DNA from: Octopus sinensis
Lineage: Eukaryota
Direction: 5' to 3'
NCBI RefSeq assembly: GCF_006345805.1
Contig: NC_043000.1
Span: forward strand, 80,600,001-80,664,000
Length of the DNA: 64,000 nucleotides
In this document: positions 12,975-24,419 of the stretch, one piece after another
How the letters are laid out: each line of letters starts with the position of its first letter
Position numbering within the stretch: position 1 is the first letter of the stretch
Made by a program: the position numbers and the translations under genes
The notes under the pieces: generated by a model
The model's database searches: none
What the model was told of the DNA's origin: nothing
Seen by the model: only the letters and a program-made list of their open reading frames with translations

Positions 12975-13985
12975 CATATGCTGATGATCTTGCCATCATA
13001 ATAGATTCCATATCAGAGCTAGAAGAGAAATTCCAGGTGTAGAAGAAAAACCTGGAATCTAAGGTCCTTAAGGTTAACTTAACAAAGTTAAAAACTGACA
13101 GGATCCTAACCCCTCAGGTAGCCTGGTTTGATTTGTAGGAAAGGTGTAGGCTGGAACTCCATACAATGTACCCAATGCAAGCTATGGATACACAAGAGGT
13201 GCTGTGGATTAATAGGAATGTTATGAGAGAAGATAATTTTCTTATGTGGAAGATGCACAGGGTCTATAAAAGCTTTAGAGAGTCAGGAAATTGATTCTCT
13301 CAAATGCCCTGGTGGCTCATTAGAAGTAGTAGATAATTTTTGCTACCTAGGGGACCAAATTCGTAGTGGGGGAGGACTCATGGAGTGTATAATGGCTAAA
13401 ATAAGAATAGAATGGAGGAAATCCAGAGAGCTGTTACCTCTGACGGCCATGAAAAGTTTCTCTCTCCGAGTGAAAAGAAGACAGTATGATGCATGTATAT
13501 GGACAGCAATTCTACATGGTAGTTGGCAGCTAAATAAAGAAATGCCGATCTCTCAGAGTTGATGAAACATGTGGAAATCCAGGAAGATATGGGATGAGTA
13601 CTGAAGAATGACCTCAGTTGCTAAATCTTTCTGGTGAAATGACAAAGAGTCAAGATGCCGGGCACCTTGCTGTACTCAAGAAGACCTGTACTCCACAGCA
13701 GAAGTATTAAAACTTCCCCTTCTCATGGTGTAAAGCACATGTGCAGTGCCACATAAAAGCACCTGTGCAGCACCACACAAAAAGTGCCCATGTAATGCCA
13801 TGTAAAAGTACTCAGCACACTCTGTAAAGTGACTGGCATTAGGAAGGGCATCCAGCTGTAGAAATCATGCCAAATTAGACTGGAGTTTGGTGCAGCTGCC
13901 CAGCTTGCCAGCTCTGGTCAAACTGTCCAATCTGTGCCAGCATGGACAACAGGTGTTAAATGATGATGATGATGATCATCATCAT
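12975..13985 (+). mobile_element. Degenerate RTE LINE 3' part plus RTE-type 3' UTR ending in (GAT)n
   Basis: YADDL, ELEEKFQV, KIRIEWRK.RELLPL, YDACI...LHGS, matching the better-preserved copy at 61.7-62.3 kb. Confidence 0.8.
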
Positions 13986-14000
13986 CATCACAGACACACA

Positions 14001-14042
<42 letters not shown>

Positions 14043-14818
14043 ATGGATCCTGTAAGATTCATGATGGTGTCCAGTTGTGTAACCAACTGAATTACCTGTT
14101 CATTGAATTAGCATCATCATTATCATCATCATCGTCATCATTATTTAATGTCTGTTGTCCATGCTGGCTTGGGTTGGACAGTTTGACTGGGTTGGTACTC
14201 TGGAAGTCTGCACCAGGCTTCAGTCTGATTTGGCATGGTTTTCTACGGCTGGATGCCCTTCCTAATGCCAACCACTCCAAGAGTGTAATGGGTGTTTTTA
14301 TATGCCACTGGCATGGATGCCATTTGCATGACACCAGGGTGCATTTACATACCAATTTGTGTGAGAATGTATGTAAATATTCCACAGATCAGTGGCACAG
14401 AATCTGAAACCATGTGGTTGGAAAGCATATTTCCTAGCCATGCAGCCATCTTACATATTATGTTTCAATATTTTCATTTTTTTCGTTTTCATTATTGTCC
14501 ATGCTTTAGAAGGAACAGGAGCTCATGTATGAATCAGTGAATCATCAATAATTTCATTAAAATGAACAAAAGATGTCTAGTATTAAAATAACATACACAT
14601 GGTCAACTTTTCAGACAAAATCTATACTCCCAAAATATATATGTTTAACGTCTTTTACCCTTTCAGTTATTTTCTCAGATTTCATGGAATCCTTTTCATT
14701 GAATAATTTGTGGTTGACATGATAAAGATAGATTATTTTTTCTGTCTGCTTGTGTTGTATTTATTTATTGGCTTCCTTCGTTTTGGTTTCTTCCCATTAT
14801 AATTTTCTCTTTTCATAG

Positions 14819-15006
14819 ATGAGGTCACTAGAGATGATGAAGAAGTAGAAGTAAAAGGAGAAGAAGAAGGAAAGAAATCATTGCCTCAGTTAGAATTGTG
14901 TTTTGGTATAACAAGAGTTTACTACGCTTGTCTGCAAGCAATGGTATTCGTAGACTTTGTAAATAGCTATACGGATGTCTCAGAGCTTCCAGCCAATACA
15001 AAATGA
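14819..15006 (+). CDS. Candidate exon, possibly terminal, of the same host gene (DEVTRDDEEVEVKGEEEGKKSLPQLELCFGITRVYYACLQAM...)
   Basis: Polypyrimidine tract plus tttcatag acceptor; open for ~62 codons in phase 1; protein-like composition. An alternative donor exists at 14944. Confidence 0.5.
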
Positions 15007-15037
15007 AATGAAATGCAAACACAAATGTACACACACA

Positions 15038-15076
<39 letters not shown>

Positions 15077-15799
15077 TTTGTGTGTAAATAATTAACTTTC
15101 TAGAAGCAGTAGAAAACTTGGAGGACATAGGTAAGCTTGTTACAGAAAATATAAGCACACACACATTAATAATTGTGTGTGCTATGTATGATGTATATAA
15201 ATAATTATATATATATATATATATATGTACATATGTGTGTGTGTGTACATATGTAAGTATGTATATATGCAATCATATATCCTATTATGTATATATATTT
15301 GTATATGTATACATATATTTATCAGCAGCAATTTTACGTACATATGTTCTCCATGTTGTCTGATTATCTTCTGTTTACACAACGGATGGATTCTCTTAGC
15401 AATTTTGATGATGAGTATCCAGTTGTTCAACCAGCTGAATTCCTACTCACAAAATGAGTAAATAAATGGTTGGATATTCCAAAGACACAAGTGCCATTTC
15501 TAATTTCTGTTTTTATGCATATACTCAAGAGAAAGCTTTAACACATCGTCCTAATCAAATCTGTATCATACAATAAGGCAAGGCTGGTCCATTCAATTAG
15601 AATTATAATCTAGTAACAAATTGGTAAGGAAAGGAGAGAAGAAGGCTTATTCTAGGCTAGTACATCATTTATCAACCCTGAAAGAATAAAAGCCAAAATG
15701 GACCTCAGCAGGATTTGAACTTAATATGCACAGTTTCAAAATGATTACAAGACATTTTATCTGATGCCCTGAGGGTTCTGCCTATTCATTATTCATATA

Positions 15800-16530
15800 C
15801 TGGGTGTTCAAGCCCTATTTGACAACTTTTTTTTTATATCTCCTTGTTTAGGAACAGCTTGATGTCTTGGTGAACGGTCAATGGCATTGGAGAGCATAAT
15901 GATTAATGGTGTAGTTGAGAGAAAGTTAGCTGACATGGAGGGTAGGAAGGCATCTAAATATTGGAAAAGAGTTGCCTGTATCATGGTGATTTGTGCTGGT
16001 AGTTAAAATGCCAACATCATGACTGCTGCTCAATGTTCTATGAACACTGTAAAAGCTGTGAAACATGACATGGGAAACTGTGACCAGTAAGAAGAGACAC
16101 AGTAGGCATTCTGACTGTATCCACATCCCAAAATTCATCCCCACATCTTTGAACAGAGCCTTAGGCTCAATTCAGATAGCTATGTAATACTGTTGGAGAC
16201 TCGATCAATCCCTGGAGGAGAGAGTTGCTGCTGGAAAGCCCTGTGTGTGGCAGGAGGATTCATCTCCTTGCCATATCTCTGGAAAAGTTCAGAAGTAGTT
16301 ATTGGAAAGTTTCTATGACTTCACCAGCCCCAATTTCTAGCCTCCTAATTTCCTCAGTTGTAATCCCATGGATTACTCTGTGGGGAATAGTTGAGAAAGA
16401 ACCAACCACTCTATTAGCAACACTAAGGCTGAGATGGTAATCATGGTGGGTGATGAGAACAGCTATTTTGATTAAATTGTTGTCTCCCAGCCATAATCTT
16501 GATAACATTAAAAAAATTTTTTAAATACTT
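15800..16530 (+). mobile_element. Degenerate Tc1/mariner (maT-like) remnant
   Basis: Homologous to 10150-10960; QQDS.PCH...F.PP....NPMDY-like fragments. Confidence 0.6.
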
Positions 16531-17465
16531 TTATTTTTGGATGGAATATTGTATTTTGCTTTCCTGTTATGCAAACTGTTGAATTTAGCTCAAAACCATG
16601 TAAATTGTGTTTTAATTGTTCAGATATCCACAATAAGTGAATCCTTAGCTGCATTCAGCTTAAAAGGTGTATCCTTATTTTTTGTTCATAAGCTATATTT
16701 TATTTGCAGAGTCGTCACCTGCTGAAAAATTGTTGCAGACATCTAGTAAGATTGCTGCAAGGCATTTTAAGAAAGTAAAAGTACTACTTAGTTGTTAGTA
16801 AAGCTATTCTGTCAAGATTAACTATTATAACAAAGAAGTGTTGAATAGTTAGTGCAGTACGAATCAAATACCATAATGTACATTTTCAAATCACCAGTAT
16901 ATTTATTCTTATTACATTACTTTGCTTGACCAGAAAGCTGTTATACTCAGTCAGAGAAAAGTCCTGCGTGGATGAATTAATGATTAACAAGTATTATTTC
17001 CATTGTCTGTTTTGGGGTATATACATTAGAGAATGATATGAAAATTGTGTGTCTGCTAAATACATATTTCCTGCTGTCCCTGACAGTGTGTATGTGAAAA
17101 AGAGAAATGGAATAAATGTGAAGGTGAGAGAGAGGTGAGAAAATGTGATCAACTTGTCTCTTGATACTGGTGCAGGTGATTGTAATGCCCAGCTGTCTTT
17201 ACATGATCTCTGATAAGAATTTTGTGTACAGCTTAATTATAGTAAACATGAAATGTTCCAGAATGTTCAATCTGCATTTTGCTATGTAAATTTAGCAGAC
17301 TGGTTGATGTTCTCTAACAACCTATGACAGTGGCCATGAGATATAATGGACTGGAATAAATGTAGAAAGGCATAAATGTTGAAAGTGTAATTTATAGTAA
17401 TACTACAAGTTCGACCATATAAAAAATGATATATTTCTTACACACACACAGAGACACACACACAC

Positions 17466-17535
<70 letters not shown>

Positions 17536-18039
17536 TGTATATGTATGTATGTATATATGTTACTAACCTTGAGAGATCCTGTCATATAGGTGCTTGGTGC
17601 ATAAAAGCACATATATATATATATATATATATATATCATAGCAAATGATAATCGTCTGTCATGGGCACCAGAATTCCCATACCACATGAGTCCATTCTAC
17701 TGGAAATGTGATGGTCAGATGCTTCTCACTGATGATTTTCAGTAGAATGAAATTACATGATATGGGAATTCTGGCATCCATGACTGATGCTTCTTGTCAG
17801 CAATGATCTCTGAGTGTTTTTATGCACCAAAGACTAACAACCCAGTATTTGTTGTTCTAACAAGACATCCATGTTAAGTTGGATATAAAGATTTCCTTTT
17901 CGTATTGAGACTGCTTCTGCCACTAATAATTAACATATGTGTGTATATATATACAAGTTGTCAAAAATATTTTTTCGTATTTCAACCTTTAATCAATGGT
18001 TCAAACAAATTACACATGAAAAGCATGTATTCATCAAAA

Positions 18040-18530
18040 TACATCCCATCATATTCTATTGACTGTCACCCTCAATGTGCCCAAAGTTCAATTTTATGCA
18101 TATACCATTTGGCTGGTTTAGAAGTAAAGAACTCCCTGTACACATTGTTGAACATCTGTCTGTGTAAGAGATGAGTCAGAGTTCAGAAAAGCTGCCAGAC
18201 TGATGGTGCAAGGTCTGGACTGTGGGCAGGGTGAGGCAAGTCCGTCAAGTTCCTTAAGTTTGTGTTTGATCACATTGTCATACTGTAGGAGTGTGTCTTT
18301 AGCTGACCAATGCTGGATATCAGGCTTTCAATGTTTCATATACTCACTGCAGTTGTTGGGCACAAAAGTTAGTGTTCACAGCATAACCACATGGGATGAA
18401 CTCAAAGGGCAACATCCCCACGGAATTCCACCAAACACATAACATGACCTTCGGTTGAAACTGCCTTTGTTTGACAACAGGTTCTGAAGCCTTTCCAGAA
18501 TGAAACTACTGATTTCTCTCATTAGGATTA
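18040..18530 (-). mobile_element. Mariner transposase remnant
   Basis: Minus-strand fragments LLQYDN and HPAHSPDLAPS (the YSPDLAPS motif). Confidence 0.65.
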
Positions 18531-19589
18531 CAAAAATAGATACAACCCCACATCTCCTGTATTTTGTGAATATAACTAAATGAATAAGTAAATAAAATGG
18601 ATTCTTTTAATGAAATGAAAGCCAAATTTGTGCAGTGGTCTATCACACAATTTTCTTATACTATCCCACCAAACTTGTGTTTTTTTAGATATTCATACAG
18701 ACTGGCACCCATGTATTAAATTTTTATGGAAATCTTTTAAGAAACTGAGGACTTATATAATGAAAGTATACCAAACCTTGGTGCACCATCAGTCATGTTT
18801 CTACTTCCTAATAACACAATGTTCCATTAAATTTCTAATCCTGACAAAGATCTTGATGAAAATGTGTAAAAAAATTAAACAGTGTATCTGATAAAAATAT
18901 TATATTTCTAAGAAAAATCAGGACTCCTCAAAACTGTTAGTTCCCCAACTCAATCATAGCACTCCCTTGATATTTGCTGCCCACTTACAGTGATCGCAAG
19001 AGGTGTTTGTTGCTTACATTAAATTGCTGATCTATGTGAAACATAATGAAATGTATCTAATTTCCTTTCGTGTTCCAAAACATATTTCGAAACTTAACAC
19101 TTTTTCTCCAAATATAAATATCCTTAATGTAATCTGATACAATTAATATTGGCTTCAAATTTTAGCTCAAGGCCAGCAAGGATAAGGTCGATTACATCAG
19201 CCCCAGTGCTCAACTGGTACTTATTTAATCAACCCTGAAAGGTGACAGGCAAAGTTGTCCTTGACAGAATTTGAACTCAGAATATGAAGATGGGCAAATT
19301 GTCGCAAAGCATTTTGCCTGGCAGTGCCAATGATTCAGCCAGCTTGTTGCCTTAGATAGAACTAATATTCAAATCTATCTTAACTCCTCTATTCTCCTTT
19401 CACAACTAATATAATACACAGTTCATCATTTATTTGTTATCAGTTATTTTTGTTTGTTATCTTTTATTTTCATCTCATCCCACATCATAGTTGTATGGTC
19501 ATTAAGTTTGCTTCCCAACCACATGGTTTCAGCTTCAGTCCCACAACATTTATGTCACCATGGGCAACTGTTTTCAGCTATAGCCCCAT

Positions 19590-19860
19590 CATCATCATTA
19601 TCGTTTAACGTCCGTTTACCATGCTAGCATGGGTTGAATGGTTCAGCTGATGTCTGAGAAGCCAGGAGGCTGCACCAGGCTCCAGTCTGATCTGGCAGTG
19701 TTTCTACAGCTGGATGCCCTTACTAATGCCAACCACTCTGTGAGTGTAGTGGGTGCTTTTTATGTGCCGCTGGCACAGGTGCAAGGGGAGGCTGGCAGTG
19801 GCCATGATCGGTTGGTGCTTTTTACATGCCACCAGCACGGAAGCCAGTCAAGGAGGCGCT
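19590..19860 (-). mobile_element. RTE-type 3' UTR fragment with (GAT)n tail
   Basis: Reverse complement of the aagggcatccagctgtagaaac...aacccatgctagcatgg...gatgatgat motif also seen at 13.8, 51.1 and 52.9 kb. Confidence 0.7.
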
Positions 19861-20254
19861 GGCATCGGCCCCAAGCTCATCAAAGCCTTGTGAGTGGATA
19901 TGATAGACAGAAACTAAAAGAAGCTTATAGTGTGTATGTGTGTGTGTGTGTGTGCATGTGTGTGTATGTGGGTGTGTGTGTGTGTGTGTTTGTGTCTCAT
20001 TTTGACATTGTGTGTTTAATGTAAATGAATGCCATTCATTTCCTATATTCTGTAAAAACTGGTCTGTGTATGGGCAAATATTACTTTGCTTGGAAATGGA
20101 TAAGGGTTAGCAAACAAAAGGGCATCTGGCTGCAGGAAACTTTCCTCAATATGACCCATGGAAACATGGAAAAGTTGATGCTAACACAATGATGATGATG
20201 ACAATGATGATGTTGATGATGATGACGATGACAATGACGATGATTACGACGATA

Positions 20255-20285
<31 letters not shown>

Positions 20286-20559
20286 CGACGACAACAATGA
20301 CACTGCCGATGACAACAATTACAACAACGATGATGGTGACAACCATGATAATGTTGTTGATGAAGATGATGACCATCATCAAAGCCATGTATCTAAGTAA
20401 GACATTCATTTCAGATGGTGTAGGATTTGTCTCACTGGGTGGACACTATTGGTAATTGTCTTCTACAGCAGATGTGGGTTGACCAATGTCTTGTGAATGA
20501 CATTTTGATAGCTTGAAACTAGAAACCTGTCATCTACACAGCCACAAACACACACACAA

Positions 20560-20709
20560 ATATTTTTTTACATTATTTACATTTGATGGATATTTGTCCT
20601 CATCTTGTTTGTTGTTAACACAACGTTTCAGCTGATATACCCTCCAACCTTCATTAGGTGTCCTAGGGAAATTTCAAATCTGGGTTCTCATTCCTATGGT
20701 ATTTTTCGA

Positions 20710-20743
<34 letters not shown>

Positions 20744-20817
20744 TAAGTCTCTGCCTGGAATTGAACTCGGAATCTTGGGGTTAGTAGCCCACGCTCTTAA
20801 CCACTATGCCATATGGC
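20560..20817 (-). mobile_element. tRNA-derived SINE with a 3' minimal hammerhead-like motif
   Basis: Head TGGCATAGTGGTTAAGAGC...GAGTTCAATTCCAGG (20748-20817), then (AAT)n, then gacac-CTAATGA-aggttg...cagct-GAAAC GT T-gtgtt (20617-20662). The core has one mismatch to CUGAUGA. Confidence 0.65.
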
Positions 20818-21124
20818 ATATAAAACATACACAGGGGCTTCAGAAAATTATTTCAAGACAAGATTTTATTCCCATAAATGAAACAAAACCATTTTCAAAG
20901 GTGTATCCTTTAAACTAGTTTTTGTTTGATTATATCGTCATTTCTGTTCCATTTTAACAAAACTCCAACGAAGGGGAACATGAAACCTTGATTAAAAGTT
21001 TTTGTGATATTTCTGCTGTTTTTAATTATAGCATATTACTCTACCTCTGGTATTTGAGTACTCTCTTTTTCCACCTTGCTTCACATTTATGTGCTGACTC
21101 CAGTATATATACATATATGAATAT

Positions 21125-21161
<37 letters not shown>

Positions 21162-21998
21162 CGTTTCTACATTCGTTTTGCAAGATTCCTGATGTGAAAT
21201 CATGTGTTGAAACAGATATTGTTGTATTTGGGGATGGTCATGTTGCCAGTTTAGCCAATAGAAACACATGCACTATATATTTGGTGTTAATTTGCTTCAG
21301 CTTTACTTCATTTTTGACATTAATCATATTTCAGCCAGAGTTCTTTCATCACACTTCTGTGACCTCATCAGTGGTCCTTTGTTTTCTTCTTTCTTATTTG
21401 TGTGTCTTCCTTACTAACGATCAGTCATTTTGTATTTTGTATTCTTATTGTATGTGTTTTTATTTGCGGGGATGGAGTGTGTGATATGGGGTGTGTGATA
21501 TGTGTAATGGTGTCATATTTATAATTTTTTCTGAGGGTGTAGGTATATATAGTGCTGTGTTTGTTGGTCTATTTTCTTTTGGTAAAGGATGAAGTTGTGG
21601 GGTTTTCATAATGCACACCACATTATTAATACACACTTTTCTTCCCACTTCAAGATAACTCTTGACGGCTTCACAACATACCTAACCAAAGAACATAACT
21701 CCTAGCCAATTCCCCTGGCCCATTTTTATTTCTCTACTTTTATTTCTCTCTGACAACAGAGAGTAGTCACCATATTTCCTTCCATATCAGCTACCTCTGA
21801 TGAGCATAATTATATAATTGGATTGTTATGCAACATTATATAGTATTTTTGTGTGAAACTGATTGGTAAGACCAGCCATGACGGATACTTAATGCAATAA
21901 AATTCAGATAACATACCCACTCTACTAATATATGCATATATGAGTGCATCTTCTTCCTGACTTTGGGTCTCTTAGACAACTCACACACGTTTATATAC

Positions 21999-22089
<91 letters not shown>

Positions 22090-24419
22090 CAATGCACCCT
22101 GGCATTGCTTGGGTGTCATGACCTACAGCCATATTGTATTATTTGTTCCTTTCTTATGGGCAGAATCAACACATGAGTTACAAGCAAACAACTCTTTTTT
22201 ATAAACATGTTTTTTCGGTCATTTTCTGATGAACAATGCTGAAATTTTTGACACCAATAATATGTACAATGGCAGCTTAGATTAAAAGAAAATACTAACA
22301 TTGCTCCAAAATGACCTCAGAATTTTGTGACCCAGCCTCGTTTTGGTGTTAATTTTTGTAGTAAGGGATGGTTGCTGTGCAAAAACTTACTTTACATTGG
22401 TAGCTGAAAAATTGTTCAATTTTTTGGTATCTCATACAGCAATATTGGCAACTCAATTTCATGGCTAAAAATCAGGTAGAAGCTGAACTAGTTCTTACCC
22501 ATCCCATAATATTTCTTCATAACTGTAAACAATACTCATATACATTAGCTTCCTCAATGAAAAGGCCATGTTCAAAATTATTATGGTTCTCTGCAAGTGT
22601 ATTTCATATCAGTTTATATCAATGCTGAGGTTAACAGAATAAAAAAGGGAGTTTTGGGGCTGTATGTATATGCACATATATAAGGATATGAGTAAGCAGG
22701 GTTAGTGAAGTAGGCATTTTGGTACAAATGTATAGGGATGCTGTGCTTCTTGAAAATAAACGGGTTGTGTCAGTATGCAGAGGTGGAGTGATGTGTGACT
22801 TCATGGCTGATGAATGATGAAAACCTAAGAAATACAGTAAAGTATATTAATAAGTTGCATGAGCAAAGGACTTTGCAGAATCAGGCTGTCCATATTTTAA
22901 AACCAAAAGTTTAAAAAATCAAAAATCAGTAGAAAGTTTTGGAATTAGGGGTGGGGATAAAAATATTTTTATTGGATGAGCATATTAATTTCATTATGTA
23001 GCAGACAGAATAAAAACAAATTGTGAAAATTCTTAAAAATAAAAAATTATGAGGGGTTTTAGTATGTGCTTCGATCATAACTCCCCTGACTTTTTTTCCT
23101 TTTGTCATTTTTGTTTGTGATGAGTGTATTTAAAAACCTGATCTTCAATATAAACTTAAAAGGAAGTTTATTCAGAAACCGTGTTGTTAAGCTGTTGTTT
23201 CTAGCATGTCAGAGGTGAGATTTGCATCCCACAGTTTCTTCAGGTTCCTATGTTTACGATATATGAGATTAGAATTTTGCCCAAAAAACACACTTTCAAA
23301 ATTTGAATTTCCCCACTCCCCATCCTAATTTTTTAATTTTAAACTTTTTCGTAATTTTTTTTTTTTTTAATCCACATAGAAAAATACAGAGATTACGAGT
23401 CTTTAAGGATTTGAAAAAATAATTTTCTGAAAGAAACGCTCAAATCCCCTTCCTCAACTTCCACCCATCATCTCCTCACATTCAAAAAGCTAAAAACTTT
23501 GAATTTTTCACTTTTAGCTTTTTTGAAAGCAGGGAAGTTTTTTTCAGAAATAACGTCATTGAGCTGTTGTTTCTAGCATGTTGGGTTGTCTGGTAGTGGT
23601 CTGATATTTTTGACATCTGCTATTTCTGTAGAATTCTATGCATGTGTGAAACATTCTGAGTTTTTAGCTTTTTGCAAGTAGGGAAATGATAGGTAGGGGA
23701 AGGGGCATTGGGTGTTTCTTTATGAGAAATTAAAATCTAAAAAAAAAAGACATTTCCCAGATTTATAATCTCTATATTTTTCTATGTGGATTAAAAAGAA
23801 TTTGAAAAAGTTAAAAATTAAGGGGGGCAGGAGATTAAAATTTTAAAAACGTGATTTTTGGGCAAAACTGTATTCTCCTATGTTGAAAACATAGAAATCT
23901 GAAGAAATTTCAGGAAAAAACCCCCAAAGGGGATGGTACAGAAAAGGTACCAATAACTGTGCCAAAAAATAGCATGTTTTTGGTAATTTTCCATTGACGA
24001 ATAGAGTTTTGGGCATCACAAATGCACTCATAACACTCCTTGTACATTGCTGCATTTTTCAACACCAAAAACATTAAAATTGTCAACATAGAATAGAAAC
24101 AAATCAGAATATTGCCCCCAAATGACCTCAAAATTGTGCAACCCAACATCGTTTTCGAGGTTGTTTTTGTAGTAAAAAAGAGATGCTGTACAAAAAACAT
24201 ACTTTATTTCATTGCCAAATGATAACTGAATCTTTTGATGCTTCATACGTCAAAATTGGCAACTTGATTTTTGAATCCATAAGGAACATATGCACTACAC
24301 ACACACACAAACTCTGTTTTACAGATATAGATAGATATATGTATGTACACAAATCCTCTTCTATTTTGAATTATTTAAATTCTTCCGTTGAAGAAATTGA
24401 TTTCTAACAAAGATACAAA

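Noticed and set aside
17730-17765. CTGATGA...GAAA within the small fold-back
   Set aside because: No stem I or stem III, and the GAAA is not kept in the other arm.
20748-20817. Functional tRNA gene (also considered at 1671-1750)
   Set aside because: The acceptor stem is not formed, and the sequence continues into a SINE body.
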